A stretch of DNA of 64,000 nt from Candidatus Latescibacterota bacterium (GCA_965242865.1 CBDETK010000008.1:1-64000), one strand, 5' to 3'; counted from the stretch's first letter, positions 51,115 to 60,997 are shown. Notes: generated by a model from the sequence alone, not told the origin. Numbers and translations: made by a program.

Positions 51115-52992
51115 TTACGGAGTGTTCCACGGCAATGACAGGTCCGGCATGTTGGCGTAGCGATCCATGCCTAGTTCGAGACGTCGTCCAGCACCCGGCG
51201 CCAGTTTCACCGCGATCAGCTTGGAGTCGATGTTCCGCATGCCGCTTCCTTCGCCATCGTCCACGCCTGTGAACTGGTGCTCGGCGTAGCCGCCCGCCTG
51301 GACGAGCACTTCCCGTGCTTCCGCTTGGTTGACATTGACCAACGTGACCGCGACCGAGTCGTCCCGCAATTCGTGTACCAAGGCGGCCACGTCCGGCGGC
51401 AGGCCGGCTCGCTTGCGTTCGGGGTCGAAATAGCGCAGTCGGCTGTGCAGCACCCAGATGCGGCCGCGGGCGAAATATCCCCCGGTGGTCAGCCGAGTCA
51501 AGGTCTCGGTGGTTGCCGGCATGATCCCCAGCAGGTAGTCGGCAAGCCTTGTCTCCGCAGTCGTGGTGTCATTCCGCTGCGCTGCGAGGCGATCGCGAAT
51601 GTGTCGGAAGTCCTCTTGCATGGCGCGGATCGGGTAGCTCGGATCGGCGCCTTGCAGGAACGCAATCCACCGTTCGTCCGCTAGCGGTATGCGAGCGAGG
51701 TCTCGGTCTTGCATGGACCACAGGTAGATCTCGGCGAGGCGGTCCGAGTAGGTGACCGGCTGGTAGCGATAGAACTCGGGTTCCCCGTCGAACGCGTAGC
51801 CGCGCGGGTCGCCGTACATCATGGGCAAGAGCGTCTTCCCGTCCACTACCTTGGCCGCGTCCAGCACGAGGTCCATCTGCTTGCGCAAGACATCGATGTA
51901 CGCTTGGTCGCCTGTCAGCAGCAGGCCGTTCGCGAAGCCTTGGAAGCTCGCCGCCGTGAAGTAGTTGCGGTGGGCGATCTGCTGGAGCTCGCCGTCGAAG
52001 ATCGTGAAGTTCCAGCCGTACGTGCCCTTCCACCACTGCCCGTCGTGCTCCCCGCCGAGGGATCCGTCCAGCCCGATGTTCGACGGGATCATCCCGCCCG
52101 TGGCTGCGGCCCGCTCCCGCCATGCGTCGAGGTATTCCAGCGTCCAGTCGCGGTACTTGTCCTTGCCGGTCAATGCGTACGCGTTCGTGGTCAGCAGGGT
52201 CGCCGCTAGATTCAAAAAGTTGTCACCGACCGAATCGAGATATTCGTCGCAGTGCGCCAGCATGCGCGGGTACCACTGCTCGAGGTCCAGGAGCTTGGTC
52301 GTCCGGGCCGGGTTGTGCAGCAGGTGGAACTTGCCCGGCACCGGATCGCCCACCCAGTCGTACACGGTCGCCCGGCGCAGCATCGGCCCCAAGCTGCCGT
52401 TCCAAATGCTCTTGATGATTCTGGTTTGCGGATCGTAGTTCCCGTACCGGGGATCCTCGCCCGTGTACATCCGCGAAAACCGTTCCATGCGGTCCACGAA
52501 CCGCTCGTCATGAGGGTCCGCATGCCCCATCAGGAAGAACGCTCTCATGCCCTCGCCCGTGTGGAACCAATCCGACTGGGTGATGAATTCTTCGCGGTAC
52601 GCGCCCTCGCTCGCCAGCGTGGTGAGTTCCGTGCGGAGCTCGCCGTACTGCTGCAGGTGTCCCTCCAAGCCGCGCTTGTAGAGTTCCAAGACGGAATCCG
52701 AGCCGCCGAGGGCATGCAGCAGCGTCCAGTTGTAGAAGGTCTCGATGGCGTCGTCCGGTCCGTCAAGCGTGCCCCAGCGCGGCGTGTGCAGCAGGTAGCC
52801 CCGTTCGTCGAGGTAGCGCGCGGCGAAGGCTTCGACAGCCTTGGAATTCGCGTCCAAGAGCGCGCGCTCCATGAGCGCCCAGCCCGGCGGCGGCATCGCC
52901 TCGTCGATGTTAACCACCGGTACTTGGCCGAAAGCGGCCGCGGTCAGGAGGAGCGTTCCGGCGACACAGGACTTCATGGTGATCCGCAGCAT
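51115..52992 (-). CDS. Secreted hypothetical protein, possible alpha/alpha-toroid (linalool dehydratase-like) fold
   Basis: Signal peptide; DGPDDAIETFYNW, DWFHTGEG, IPSNIGLDG, GLPPDVAALV; backbone codon usage. Confidence 0.7.
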   Translation of the reverse strand: MLRITMKSCVAGTLLLTAAAFGQVPVVNIDEAMPPPGWALMERALLDANSKAVEAFAARYLDERGYLLHTPRWGTLDGPDDAIETFYNWTLLHALGGSDSVLELYKRGLEGHLQQYGELRTELTTLASEGAYREEFITQSDWFHTGEGMRAFFLMGHADPHDERFVDRMERFSRMYTGEDPRYGNYDPQTRIIKSIWNGSLGPMLRRATVYDWVGDPVPGKFHLLHNPARTTKLLDLEQWYPRMLAHCDEYLDSVGDNFLNLAATLLTTNAYALTGKDKYRDWTLEYLDAWRERAAATGGMIPSNIGLDGSLGGEHDGQWWKGTYGWNFTIFDGELQQIAHRNYFTAASFQGFANGLLLTGDQAYIDVLRKQMDLVLDAAKVVDGKTLLPMMYGDPRGYAFDGEPEFYRYQPVTYSDRLAEIYLWSMQDRDLARIPLADERWIAFLQGADPSYPIRAMQEDFRHIRDRLAAQRNDTTTAETRLADYLLGIMPATTETLTRLTTGGYFARGRIWVLHSRLRYFDPERKRAGLPPDVAALVHELRDDSVAVTLVNVNQAEAREVLVQAGGYAEHQFTGVDDGEGSGMRNIDSKLIAVKLAPGAGRRLELGMDRYANMPDLSLPWNTP

Positions 52993-53014
52993 GCCCACTA
53001 TGGTAGTCGTCCGT

Positions 53015-54676
53015 TCACTCGGGCGGGTGCCAGCTGGGATCGTGCGCCGTTGTAGCGGTCCAAATGTTGCTGCCCTGCATGTCGAGCATGCCCCGTCGCA
53101 CGAGGTCGCGGAGCGTGACCGCTTGGCGTCCTCCGGCGAAACGCCCCTCGAATTCCACGGTTCCGACGAGGGGTTCGCGCGGGGCGACGCGATAGATCGG
53201 GACGACCCGACGCTGGCGCTTGCCCGTGCCCTTGCCGGGGCGCATGCTGCCCGGCCGCTGGGTCAGGAACCGGTTCCACGAAGCTGTGTGGCGGATGTCT
53301 TCCTCGGTCGCTCGCTCGAGCACGGTCGCGAAGGTCGTCATGGCGGCGTTCAGGGCGCCGTAGCCCTCTTCGCCGGTGTCGTCGCTCTCCAGCGAGCGCT
53401 TCTCGCCGAAGGGCAGGATTTCCAGCGAAATCACGTGGGTCGCGCCCGCGTCAATCGCGATGTGGATCGGACTCGTGTGCAGCACCCCGCCGTCGACGAA
53501 GTGGTGATAGGCGATGCGTCGCTTGTCGGCGCCGTAGAGTCCGATCCTCTGGGTCGGGAAGGCCCCAGGCACAGCGGAAGACGCGCACAGCGTCTGCAAT
53601 AAGTTCTGCGACAGGGTAAACAGCGCGTCGCTCTCCGCACCGTATTCCTTGGTGTCGTGGGAATCCGATCCGAATTGCACCGTCATCCATTCGTGACGCA
53701 GCAACTGGGAGTAGGTCTCCGGGCGGACCAGCGTGAAGAGGCAGCCACGGCCGGCCGTGATATCCGTCGAGGCAACGATGAATTCGGGGGCTTCGGATTG
53801 CTGGCGGTACCAAGTGCCGACCAAGTCCCGGCTGAGTACGCGGGCTTCGTCGATGGCTTGGCCGCGCGATATCGGGCGCGTGCGTCGCATGTCGCCCTGC
53901 GGTCCGGTGTTCGCGAGCAGGTGCAGCATCGGCGCGTCGCCGAACAGTCCCGCCCGAAACTTCCGGAAAACGAGCGCTGCCGCGATTCCGAGCGCCGCGG
54001 TCGCGGCCAGCGACCAGCCGAACAGGTACGGGAGCGCGTCCACGAGGCTGCTGGAATCGATCCAGTTCGACGCCGGATTCCCGAGGCGGGTCGCGACGAG
54101 CGCTAGCGGCAGAAACAGGCTCGGTTGGAGCAGGGCCGCCAGAAGGAGCAGTCCTACAGCGAGGCAAGCAGTCTGCCAGCGCGACGCTAGCCCGCGGGCC
54201 AAGAGACGCACCAGCCACGACCGGCCGCCCACAACCCAGCGGGACGCTTTGCTGTCCCGCGCAAGGTAGGACCACACCGACGCGATATAGCTTTCGTACG
54301 GCTGCTGGACGGCAGGGTCCGATGCGTACTGCGGGTTCCGCATCCCCAGTTCCTCGACGAAGACGCCGTAACCGTTGACCGCGCCCGACGAGGTGCCGAC
54401 GAGCAGGCCGACCTTGATTCCCCGCTTGCGCAAGCGGTCGAGCAGCACCTCGAGCTGGCCGGCGCTATAGGCTCCGGCCGCGCCCCCGCCGCTAATCGCT
54501 ATGGCCAGCTTGCGTCGCTCTGGAGGGCACTTGCGGAGTTCCAAGCCGGGCTGGCGGAAGCGGCTCTCGCTCAGCGCGACCTCGTGCTCGATGGCGTCCA
54601 GCACCTCGTCCAGATCGAGGTATCGCGGATCCAAGAACCGCTCCAGATCGCCCTGCGGTGCCTTGTCAGAGTCCAT
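53015..54676 (-). CDS. Patatin-like phospholipase with transmembrane insertion
   Basis: ISGGGAAG, GTSSG, ASSAVPGAF, FVDGG; hydrophobic helices between the Ser and Asp motifs. Confidence 0.85.
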   Translation of the reverse strand: MDSDKAPQGDLERFLDPRYLDLDEVLDAIEHEVALSESRFRQPGLELRKCPPERRKLAIAISGGGAAGAYSAGQLEVLLDRLRKRGIKVGLLVGTSSGAVNGYGVFVEELGMRNPQYASDPAVQQPYESYIASVWSYLARDSKASRWVVGGRSWLVRLLARGLASRWQTACLAVGLLLLAALLQPSLFLPLALVATRLGNPASNWIDSSSLVDALPYLFGWSLAATAALGIAAALVFRKFRAGLFGDAPMLHLLANTGPQGDMRRTRPISRGQAIDEARVLSRDLVGTWYRQQSEAPEFIVASTDITAGRGCLFTLVRPETYSQLLRHEWMTVQFGSDSHDTKEYGAESDALFTLSQNLLQTLCASSAVPGAFPTQRIGLYGADKRRIAYHHFVDGGVLHTSPIHIAIDAGATHVISLEILPFGEKRSLESDDTGEEGYGALNAAMTTFATVLERATEEDIRHTASWNRFLTQRPGSMRPGKGTGKRQRRVVPIYRVAPREPLVGTVEFEGRFAGGRQAVTLRDLVRRGMLDMQGSNIWTATTAHDPSWHPPE

Positions 54677-54828
54677 TGGAGCCCTTAGCGTCACGGTCTC
54701 TCCAGTCCCGCTTGCTGCATTTCGCAGTATACGGAACGAGCGTCCCGGCCGATTCGCGACGGTGATACAATGCTGAAACTCTCACGCGCCCGAGGGCGCG
54801 GGAATCCGTTCAAAGGAGTCGATTCAGC

Positions 54829-55470
54829 ATGCAGAGCAGAGCACTCGTTGCGGAGTTCATCGGAACCTTCGCGCTGATCTTCATCGGGGCCGGCGCAGCA
54901 GCCATTAGCGGCAACTTGGTCGCGATAGCCTTCGCCCACGGCTTGGTCGTGATGGCGTTCGCTTTCGCCTACGGCAACATCTCGGGCACCCACATCAACC
55001 CGGCCGTGACGATCGGTCTGCTCGCCGGCGGGCAGATCAAGGCGGGCGACGCGGTGGGCTACATCTTGGTGCAGCTGCTCGGCGGCGCTGCCGGGGCGTC
55101 CGCGCTGTTCTTCGTGGTCGGCGAGGGTTCGCTGGGCGCAACCGTGCCGGCCGACGGAGTCGGTCTCGGGCAGGCGTTCCTAGTGGAGGTGGTGCTGACG
55201 TTCCTGCTGGTGAATTCGATCTACCATTCGGCGGTGAGCGGCAAAGCCGGGAACCTCGCGCCGGTCGCGATCGGCTTGACGCTGACCGCCTGCATCGCGA
55301 TGGGCGGGCCGCTGACCGGCGCTTCGCTGAATCCCGCCCGGTCGCTCGGACCGGCGCTGTTCAGCGACGCCCCGAACGCCATCTCGTCGCTGTGGGTCTA
55401 CTTCATCGCGTGCCCCGTGGGCGGCGTGCTGGCGGCCTTGGTGCATAAGTTCCTGACTAGCGAGGACTAA
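54829..55470 (+). CDS. MIP-family aquaporin
   Basis: AEFIGTF, ISGTHINPAVT, GASLNPARS; RBS AAGGAG. Confidence 0.95.
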   Translation: MQSRALVAEFIGTFALIFIGAGAAAISGNLVAIAFAHGLVVMAFAFAYGNISGTHINPAVTIGLLAGGQIKAGDAVGYILVQLLGGAAGASALFFVVGEGSLGATVPADGVGLGQAFLVEVVLTFLLVNSIYHSAVSGKAGNLAPVAIGLTLTACIAMGGPLTGASLNPARSLGPALFSDAPNAISSLWVYFIACPVGGVLAALVHKFLTSED

Positions 55471-55823
55471 TCAAGCGGTCGCTATCCGTCGGGTTGCCAG
55501 CCAGCCGAGGTCGGTCGGAGTCCTCGCGTCAGGCATCGGACCGAGCCGCTGTCCGCGAGTGACCGCGCTCTCGATGGTGCGCGCGAGGGGGCTTGCCTGA
55601 AGGGACCGTCGAGCGTCTCGCGCGACGAGGTGTTTCCGACTGCGGCGATTGCTGCAGGCAGACAGGATGCGGCTCGTTCTGCGGGCGCGGATCACGGACG
55701 CGCTACGCATGTCCTGTAGCGACCGGGTGGGCGGAATCGGCCGGTGGGTTCTCTCGCGCGTCCGCGCTCGCAGCCGGGTCGCATCTGCTGCGACGGGTCA
55801 GGTCGTTGATTGGCGTAGCGAAG

Positions 55824-56261
55824 CTACTCGATGATCATGCAAACCGATACCCATCTCTGCTTGTTCTCGAGTTCGTGGCAGGCAGCAAACATGACGCCTA
55901 CCTGCTTGGCCGTCGTCGCTCCATCCTTACGCCGGACCGTGACATCCATGATCTTCGCTTCGTCGTGCTTGCCGGGAACGCAAACGCCCCAAGTGGAGTT
56001 CTTGTCCCACAGCGGGATGAACGTGGGGGATTTGAATCGGTAGTCCTGGTACAAATCCGCCTTGGCCGCCCACTTCTGCTGTTGTTCCTCGGACATGCCG
56101 GTGAAAATCTCTCTGAGCCGGCAGCCGTCTTCGATCGCGGTGCTCCTCCGCGCGTTCCTAGCCGCGTCCTCGCGGCTCAACGACGCTTCTGTCTCTGCCC
56201 TTGACTTCTGGAATGCATCCAACAGTCCCTTCAAGACCCAACCTAGGAAAAACCCCCGCAT
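55824..56261 (-). CDS. Hypothetical protein
   Basis: 145-aa ORF with TACAAT 7 nt before ATG; no family recognised. Confidence 0.55.
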   Translation of the reverse strand: MRGFFLGWVLKGLLDAFQKSRAETEASLSREDAARNARRSTAIEDGCRLREIFTGMSEEQQQKWAAKADLYQDYRFKSPTFIPLWDKNSTWGVCVPGKHDEAKIMDVTVRRKDGATTAKQVGVMFAACHELENKQRWVSVCMIIE

Positions 56262-56648
56262 GGGCCTGATTGTAGCGAGGTCCGGTACTGGACCCCCTGC
56301 CGGGCGTCCGCGGCCGTCACTCGCCCCAACTGGTGCGTTCGCAGTGAGTTCATTCCAATTCGAAAATGAGCCTGAACGAGGGCCGAGGGAAGGGACGCGG
56401 GAACGGGGTGATTATAGACCTTCGGGAGGGTGGGCTGCAAGTCGTGTCCCACCGCCTCGGGCGCCCTTCCCTCGGGGCCAGCTCATGCCTAAGGAAAACC
56501 TTGGGGGGGTCGGGGGGCAAAGCCCACCTTCGGCTAACAAGGCTGCGCCCGCAGGGCGCAGACCGCTGACCCCGCTCGCGGATCCCGCGGCACGGCCCGA
56601 GGCGAAAAGCTCGATTCCAGCGTGAAGTGAGCCTGAACGCGGCCGCGC

Positions 56649-57899
56649 TCAGGCCGCTTCCCGCAGCTCCGCGAAGAGCGCCTCGCGGGCTTCCTGCAGC
56701 GCCCGCGCCGCCGCGTGATCCGTCTGCGCGTGCGCCTCCCGGTCCAGCTCCGCGAAGCTCGTGCCCGGCTTCAAGTAACGCGCCGCCTCCGGCAGCGCCT
56801 TGAGCCGCTCGTACGGCGTGCGGATGTCCGCCTGCCGGTACGCCTTGCGCCGCTTCCCCTTGGCGTCCGTCTCCACGTGCGGGAACAGGCACGGCCGGTG
56901 GTAGTTCAGGTACGGGGCCAGCACCTCCCGGTGGAACCGGTCCAGGCGCTCCGCGTGCCGCCCGGGGATGTGCCCGTACCCGAACTGCTTGCGGATCACG
57001 CTGCCGTTCTTGCTCTCCGCCAGGGCGTTGTCGTTGCTGCGCCGCGGGCGCGACTTGGTGAACTCCTCCACGCGCAGCTTCTCCAGCAGTTCGGCCACCT
57101 GGTAGTTGATGTACTCGGACCCGTTGTCGGAGTGAAACCCATGCACGGCAAAGGGGAACGACGCCAGCAGCCGCTCCAGCACCGGCAGCAGGTAGCGTTC
57201 CGAGATGCGCTCCACGCAGCCCGTGAACTGGTACTGGGTGACCTCGTCGACCGCGTTGATGTGGTACACCCCCTTGACCTTGTCGAGGTCGCCCTGATGC
57301 ACCGAGTCGACCCGCACCCAGCCCGGGCGGCCCTCCGGGCGCGGCTTGCGCCGCTCGCCGATCGGCGTCGGCGCGGGGCGCGTGCCGTCCAGGTTGCCGA
57401 GCACGCGCACGTACGCCTTCGAGTGCCGCAGGTTGTACAGATGGCCGTGGGAGATCCCCGCCAGACGCTCGTAGCGCTCGTCGCCGAAGACCTCGAAAGC
57501 CCGCCGCAGCAAGGCCATCGTGGCCGGGCCGGACAGCGTGCCGTGCAGCGCGTCCGTCTCGGCCAGCAGCAGGATGTCGTCCCGCGTGTAACGCCGCCGG
57601 AACGGTCGCGCCGCGCCCTTGCGCCCGTCCGCCAAGCCCCCTTTCTCGATGTACGCCGCGATCAGCCGCGCCACCTGCGCCCGCGACAGCCCCGTCGTCC
57701 GCTGCAAGTACGTCCGCAGCAAGCCCCGCTCCGCCCGCTTGGGCAGCTTCCAGTACGAGAACCGCCGCACCGTGCGCTCCACGTGCGCGTACGCCTCCGT
57801 GCGCGACGGCGCCAGCGTCGCCTCCGGCGGCGTCGCCTCCAGGAACTGACGCACGTCCGCCAAGGTCCTGTGCGTCGCCAGATCGATTTGCAAGATCAC
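56649..57899 (-). CDS. DDE transposase / integrase core domain
   Basis: RVDSVHQGD, INAVDEVTQ, FHSDNGSEY, NDNALAESKN, YLNYHRP. Confidence 0.93.
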   Translation of the reverse strand: MILQIDLATHRTLADVRQFLEATPPEATLAPSRTEAYAHVERTVRRFSYWKLPKRAERGLLRTYLQRTTGLSRAQVARLIAAYIEKGGLADGRKGAARPFRRRYTRDDILLLAETDALHGTLSGPATMALLRRAFEVFGDERYERLAGISHGHLYNLRHSKAYVRVLGNLDGTRPAPTPIGERRKPRPEGRPGWVRVDSVHQGDLDKVKGVYHINAVDEVTQYQFTGCVERISERYLLPVLERLLASFPFAVHGFHSDNGSEYINYQVAELLEKLRVEEFTKSRPRRSNDNALAESKNGSVIRKQFGYGHIPGRHAERLDRFHREVLAPYLNYHRPCLFPHVETDAKGKRRKAYRQADIRTPYERLKALPEAARYLKPGTSFAELDREAHAQTDHAAARALQEAREALFAELREAA

Positions 57900-57929
57900 C
57901 CTCCGATGATCCGCGCATCCCCTCCAGAG

Positions 57930-57991
57930 CCTCGTTGAGGCTCATCTCTCGTTGGAATCAACCCCCTCGTTGAGGCTCATCTCTCGTTGGA
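57930..57991. repeat. Tandem 27-bp direct repeats at the IS end (putative transposase binding sites)
   Basis: CCTCGTTGAGGCTCATCTCTCGTTGGA at 57930-57956 and 57965-57991; related inverted copies at 56353-56381 and 56615-56639. Confidence 0.85.
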
Positions 57992-58078
57992 GAAGACTCA
58001 GTGATAGCTGGTTGTACGATAAAGGCCAAGGTGCCGGGCCGCGGCGCTTCGCCACTGGCCCGCCGCCCGAGCGACAGC

Positions 58079-59035
58079 GTGAGTGGATTCGTCCCGATCG
58101 GCAACCTGCGTGCCAAGCCGATGGTTCCGCCGCACGCGAAGCCCTTGGAGAACCCGGCCGGTCCCAGGCCGCGCTGGCTCCTCGCTCCCGCCGCTACCGG
58201 CGAGAACTACCAGCGCCTGCGGCGCTTGACGTCGGAGTTACGCCTGCACACGGTCTGCGAGAGCGCGGCCTGCCCGAATGTCGGGGAATGCTGGAACCGG
58301 CTGAGCGCGACATTCATGATTCTGGGCAATGTCTGCACGCGTCGTTGCGGATTCTGCGCGGTCCAGAAGGGGCCTCCCGACACCGTGGATTACGACGAGC
58401 CGCGCCGAGTCGCCGAAGCTGTCGCGCAGCTCGGATTGCGCCACGCCGTGATCACTAGCGTCAATCGGGACGACCGGGAAGACGGAGGCGCCGAACTCTT
58501 CGCGATGGTCATCCGCGCGATCCGTGATAGGCTCCCGACTTGCACGGTGGAGGTACTCGTCCCGGACTTCCAAGGTGCTCGTGCCGCGATGGACATCGTC
58601 CTCGATGCGCGGCCCGATGTGCTGAACCACAACGTCGAAACGGTCTCTCGTCTCTATCGGGCCGTCCGCGTTGGTTCCGATTACCAGCGGTCACTGGGCA
58701 TGCTGCGCTACGCCAGCGCGCAAGTGCCTGCGATGCCGACCAAGTCCGGCATCATGCTCGGCCTGGGAGAGACTTCCGAGGAGATTCGGAGCACCCTGTC
58801 GGACTTGCGCGACCACGGCGTCTCGGTGCTGACGATCGGCCAGTACTTGCGACCCTCCCCCGATCACCTCGCCATCCAGAGATTCTACGCACCGGAGGAA
58901 TTCGACGAGTACCGGGAGTTGGGTTACCGACTGGGATTCCGCCACGTGGAATCCGGGGCGCTGGTGCGCAGTTCGTACCACGCAGACGAAGGCGCTCACG
59001 CATTGAGCGCGCGAGACGGTGCCAAGCCTTCTTGA
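58079..59035 (+). CDS. lipA: Lipoyl synthase
   Basis: LHTVCESAACPNVGECW, CTRRCGFC, NHNVETV, KSGIMLGLGE, IGQYLRP, VRSSYHA; start GTG 58079 or ATG 58121. Confidence 0.96.
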   Translation: MSGFVPIGNLRAKPMVPPHAKPLENPAGPRPRWLLAPAATGENYQRLRRLTSELRLHTVCESAACPNVGECWNRLSATFMILGNVCTRRCGFCAVQKGPPDTVDYDEPRRVAEAVAQLGLRHAVITSVNRDDREDGGAELFAMVIRAIRDRLPTCTVEVLVPDFQGARAAMDIVLDARPDVLNHNVETVSRLYRAVRVGSDYQRSLGMLRYASAQVPAMPTKSGIMLGLGETSEEIRSTLSDLRDHGVSVLTIGQYLRPSPDHLAIQRFYAPEEFDEYRELGYRLGFRHVESGALVRSSYHADEGAHALSARDGAKPS

Positions 59036-59067
59036 CGGAATCGGTCTCGAGCAGGCGAAGGTGGGAA

Positions 59068-59154
59068 TGGTGCCCGGAGTGGGACTCGAACCCACACGTC
59101 CTTGCGGACAACGGATTTTAAGTCCGTTGCGTCTGCCAATTTCGCCATCCGGGC
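59068..59154 (-). tRNA. tRNA-Leu (TAA)
   Basis: GCCCGGATGGCGAAATTGGCAGACGCAACGGAC-TTAAAA-TCCGTT, long variable arm, GGTTCGAGTCC, CCA end. Confidence 0.96.
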
Positions 59155-59261
59155 TGACTGCACCTGCTTTCATTGTAGGGAGTGGCCAATACGTCCGGAT
59201 CGGTCCCGGTCGGGCTCTCCGCGAGTCGCCGGGCCGGACGGGCACGAAGGAGGGTTGACCC

Positions 59262-60830
59262 ATGCGCAGCAAGCTCCGTTCTTGGCGGCTATCCGCCGTT
59301 CTAGCGACTCTCGCCTGCATTTCGATGCACGGCTTGTCCGGCGGTTCGGCGTCGGGCGCGACCGTTGGATCGGCCGAAGATTGCGAGCGCCTCGGCGAAC
59401 TGACCAACAGCGCGTACTCCATCCTCTCGGCGGAGTTCTTGCAAGCTGGCGACGAGGTCGCGGCACGCTGCCGCGTTGTGGGCGTTCTGCCGCCAGAGAT
59501 CGTTTTCGAGGTCGTCATGCCGGCTGCTTGGAACGGTCGCATCTTGATGCAAGGCAACGGGGGTTACGCCGGGACGTCACCAAACTCGCGAGGACGCAGG
59601 CAACGGTCCGCGAGAGTCGCTTCGCAAGGATTCGTCTCGGTCTACACGAACACCGGTCACGACCGGGTCAACGAACCGCTGGCCACGTTCGCTTTGAACA
59701 ATCGCCAAAAGGAGATCGACTACAGCTTCCGGGCCGTGCATCTGACCATCGTCACCGCCAAGGAACTCACCGAGACCTATTACGGGCGCCCGGCCAACTA
59801 CAGCTATTGGCAGGGCTGTTCCACCGGCGGTAGGCAAGGCTTGATGTCCGCCCAGCGCTTCCCCCGCGACTTCGATGGGATCGTGGTCGGCGCTCCCGTG
59901 CTGAACTTCACGGATACGCAGATTTCCGGGGCATGGAACGCAAAGGCGTTGGAGAATTCGGGGATCGGGCTGGACAAGATGAAGATCGTGGCGGACGCCG
60001 TCTACAGCCGTTGCGACACGCTCGACGGCCTGCAGGACGGACTCCTGGACGACCCCCGCAACTGCGACTTCGACCCTCGCCGGGATCTGCCGCTCTGCGA
60101 GTCGGGACTCGGAGAGGCTTGCTTCACCTCCGACCAGATCGAGGTGCTCGAGAAGGTCTACGGCGGCGTGATCAGTCGCGGCGAGACGCTTTTCCCCGGA
60201 TTTCCGTTCGGCTCGGAAGCCGCTCCCCCAACCGGGCGGCGGCGCACCAGCGGCTGGGCCGGGTGGCTGGTCCAAGGGGACGGACCTTCCCGGCAGCAGG
60301 TCTTCGCCGAGACGTTCCTGCGCTACATGGCCTTCGAGCCCGACGACCCCGATTACGACTGGCGCTCGTTCGACTATGACGAGGATCCGCATCGGATGGA
60401 CTTCATCCGTTCGATTCTCGACGCCACGGATCCCGATCTCGGGCGATTTCGAGACGCCGGAGGCAAGATGCTGATGTACTTCGGCTGGGCTGATACGGCG
60501 CTCAATCCGATGATGGGCGTCGACTACTACGAAGCCGTGCTGGAGGAATCAGGACCGGGAGTGGAAGACTTCTACCGGCTCTTCATGGTGCCGGGCATGT
60601 ACCACTGCGGAGGGGGTCTGGGGGTGTCCCAAACCGACTACCTCGGCGCTCTGATGAAGTGGGTGGAATCTGGCGAAGCCCCGGAACGCCTCGTGGCCGC
60701 GAGGGTGGTCAACGGCAGGAGCGAGATGACGCGACCGCTGTGTCCGTATCCGCAGATCGCTCAGTACGACGGCAGCGGGGACCCGAAGTCGGCGGACTCG
60801 TTCGCCTGTACAGACCCACCCGCGCGGTGA
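59262..60830 (+). CDS. Tannase/feruloyl esterase family hydrolase, secreted
   Basis: WNGR, GNGG, GCSTGGRQG, DFDGIVVGAP, FGWAD, PGMYHCGGG, TRPLCPYP. Confidence 0.93.
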   Translation: MRSKLRSWRLSAVLATLACISMHGLSGGSASGATVGSAEDCERLGELTNSAYSILSAEFLQAGDEVAARCRVVGVLPPEIVFEVVMPAAWNGRILMQGNGGYAGTSPNSRGRRQRSARVASQGFVSVYTNTGHDRVNEPLATFALNNRQKEIDYSFRAVHLTIVTAKELTETYYGRPANYSYWQGCSTGGRQGLMSAQRFPRDFDGIVVGAPVLNFTDTQISGAWNAKALENSGIGLDKMKIVADAVYSRCDTLDGLQDGLLDDPRNCDFDPRRDLPLCESGLGEACFTSDQIEVLEKVYGGVISRGETLFPGFPFGSEAAPPTGRRRTSGWAGWLVQGDGPSRQQVFAETFLRYMAFEPDDPDYDWRSFDYDEDPHRMDFIRSILDATDPDLGRFRDAGGKMLMYFGWADTALNPMMGVDYYEAVLEESGPGVEDFYRLFMVPGMYHCGGGLGVSQTDYLGALMKWVESGEAPERLVAARVVNGRSEMTRPLCPYPQIAQYDGSGDPKSADSFACTDPPAR

Positions 60831-60969
60831 GCCTGTTCGGTCGTGCTTGAGGGGGTGGGTCCAAGGGTTCGGTGGAGGCCGGTGGATCAGCAATCGCGAG
60901 ATAGGGTCTCAGTCAGGTCGATCTGCTGACGACCCTCGGCAGTCTGACAGCTTTCTTCCATTCGGATCC

Positions 60970-60997
60970 TTGCAGTCCATGTCGCACACTGTATAAT
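60970..60997 (+). promoter_or_regulatory. Putative sigma70 promoter of R-M operon
   Basis: TTGCAG, 16 nt spacer, consensus TATAAT. Confidence 0.5.

Larger units (their letters stand above)
56347..57998 (-). mobile_element. Insertion sequence with DDE (rve-type) transposase, IS481/ISNCY-like
   Basis: Ends AGTTCATTCCAA / TTGGAGAAGACT form imperfect inverted repeats; flanked by 5-bp direct repeat CAGTG (56342-56346, 57999-58003). Confidence 0.88.

Noticed and set aside
56350-57945. Overlapping 531-aa and 407-aa ORFs inside the IS
   Set aside because: Shadow frames of the very GC-rich transposase gene; no motifs.
57930-57991. 27-bp direct repeats as a mini CRISPR array
   Set aside because: Only two units with an 8-nt spacer, no cas genes, and related inverted copies at the other IS end; better explained as IS terminal motifs.
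27380-59154. tRNA-targeted genomic island at tRNA-His or tRNA-Leu
   Set aside because: No integrase beside either tRNA and no duplicated tRNA 3' end seen; both are flanked by backbone genes.
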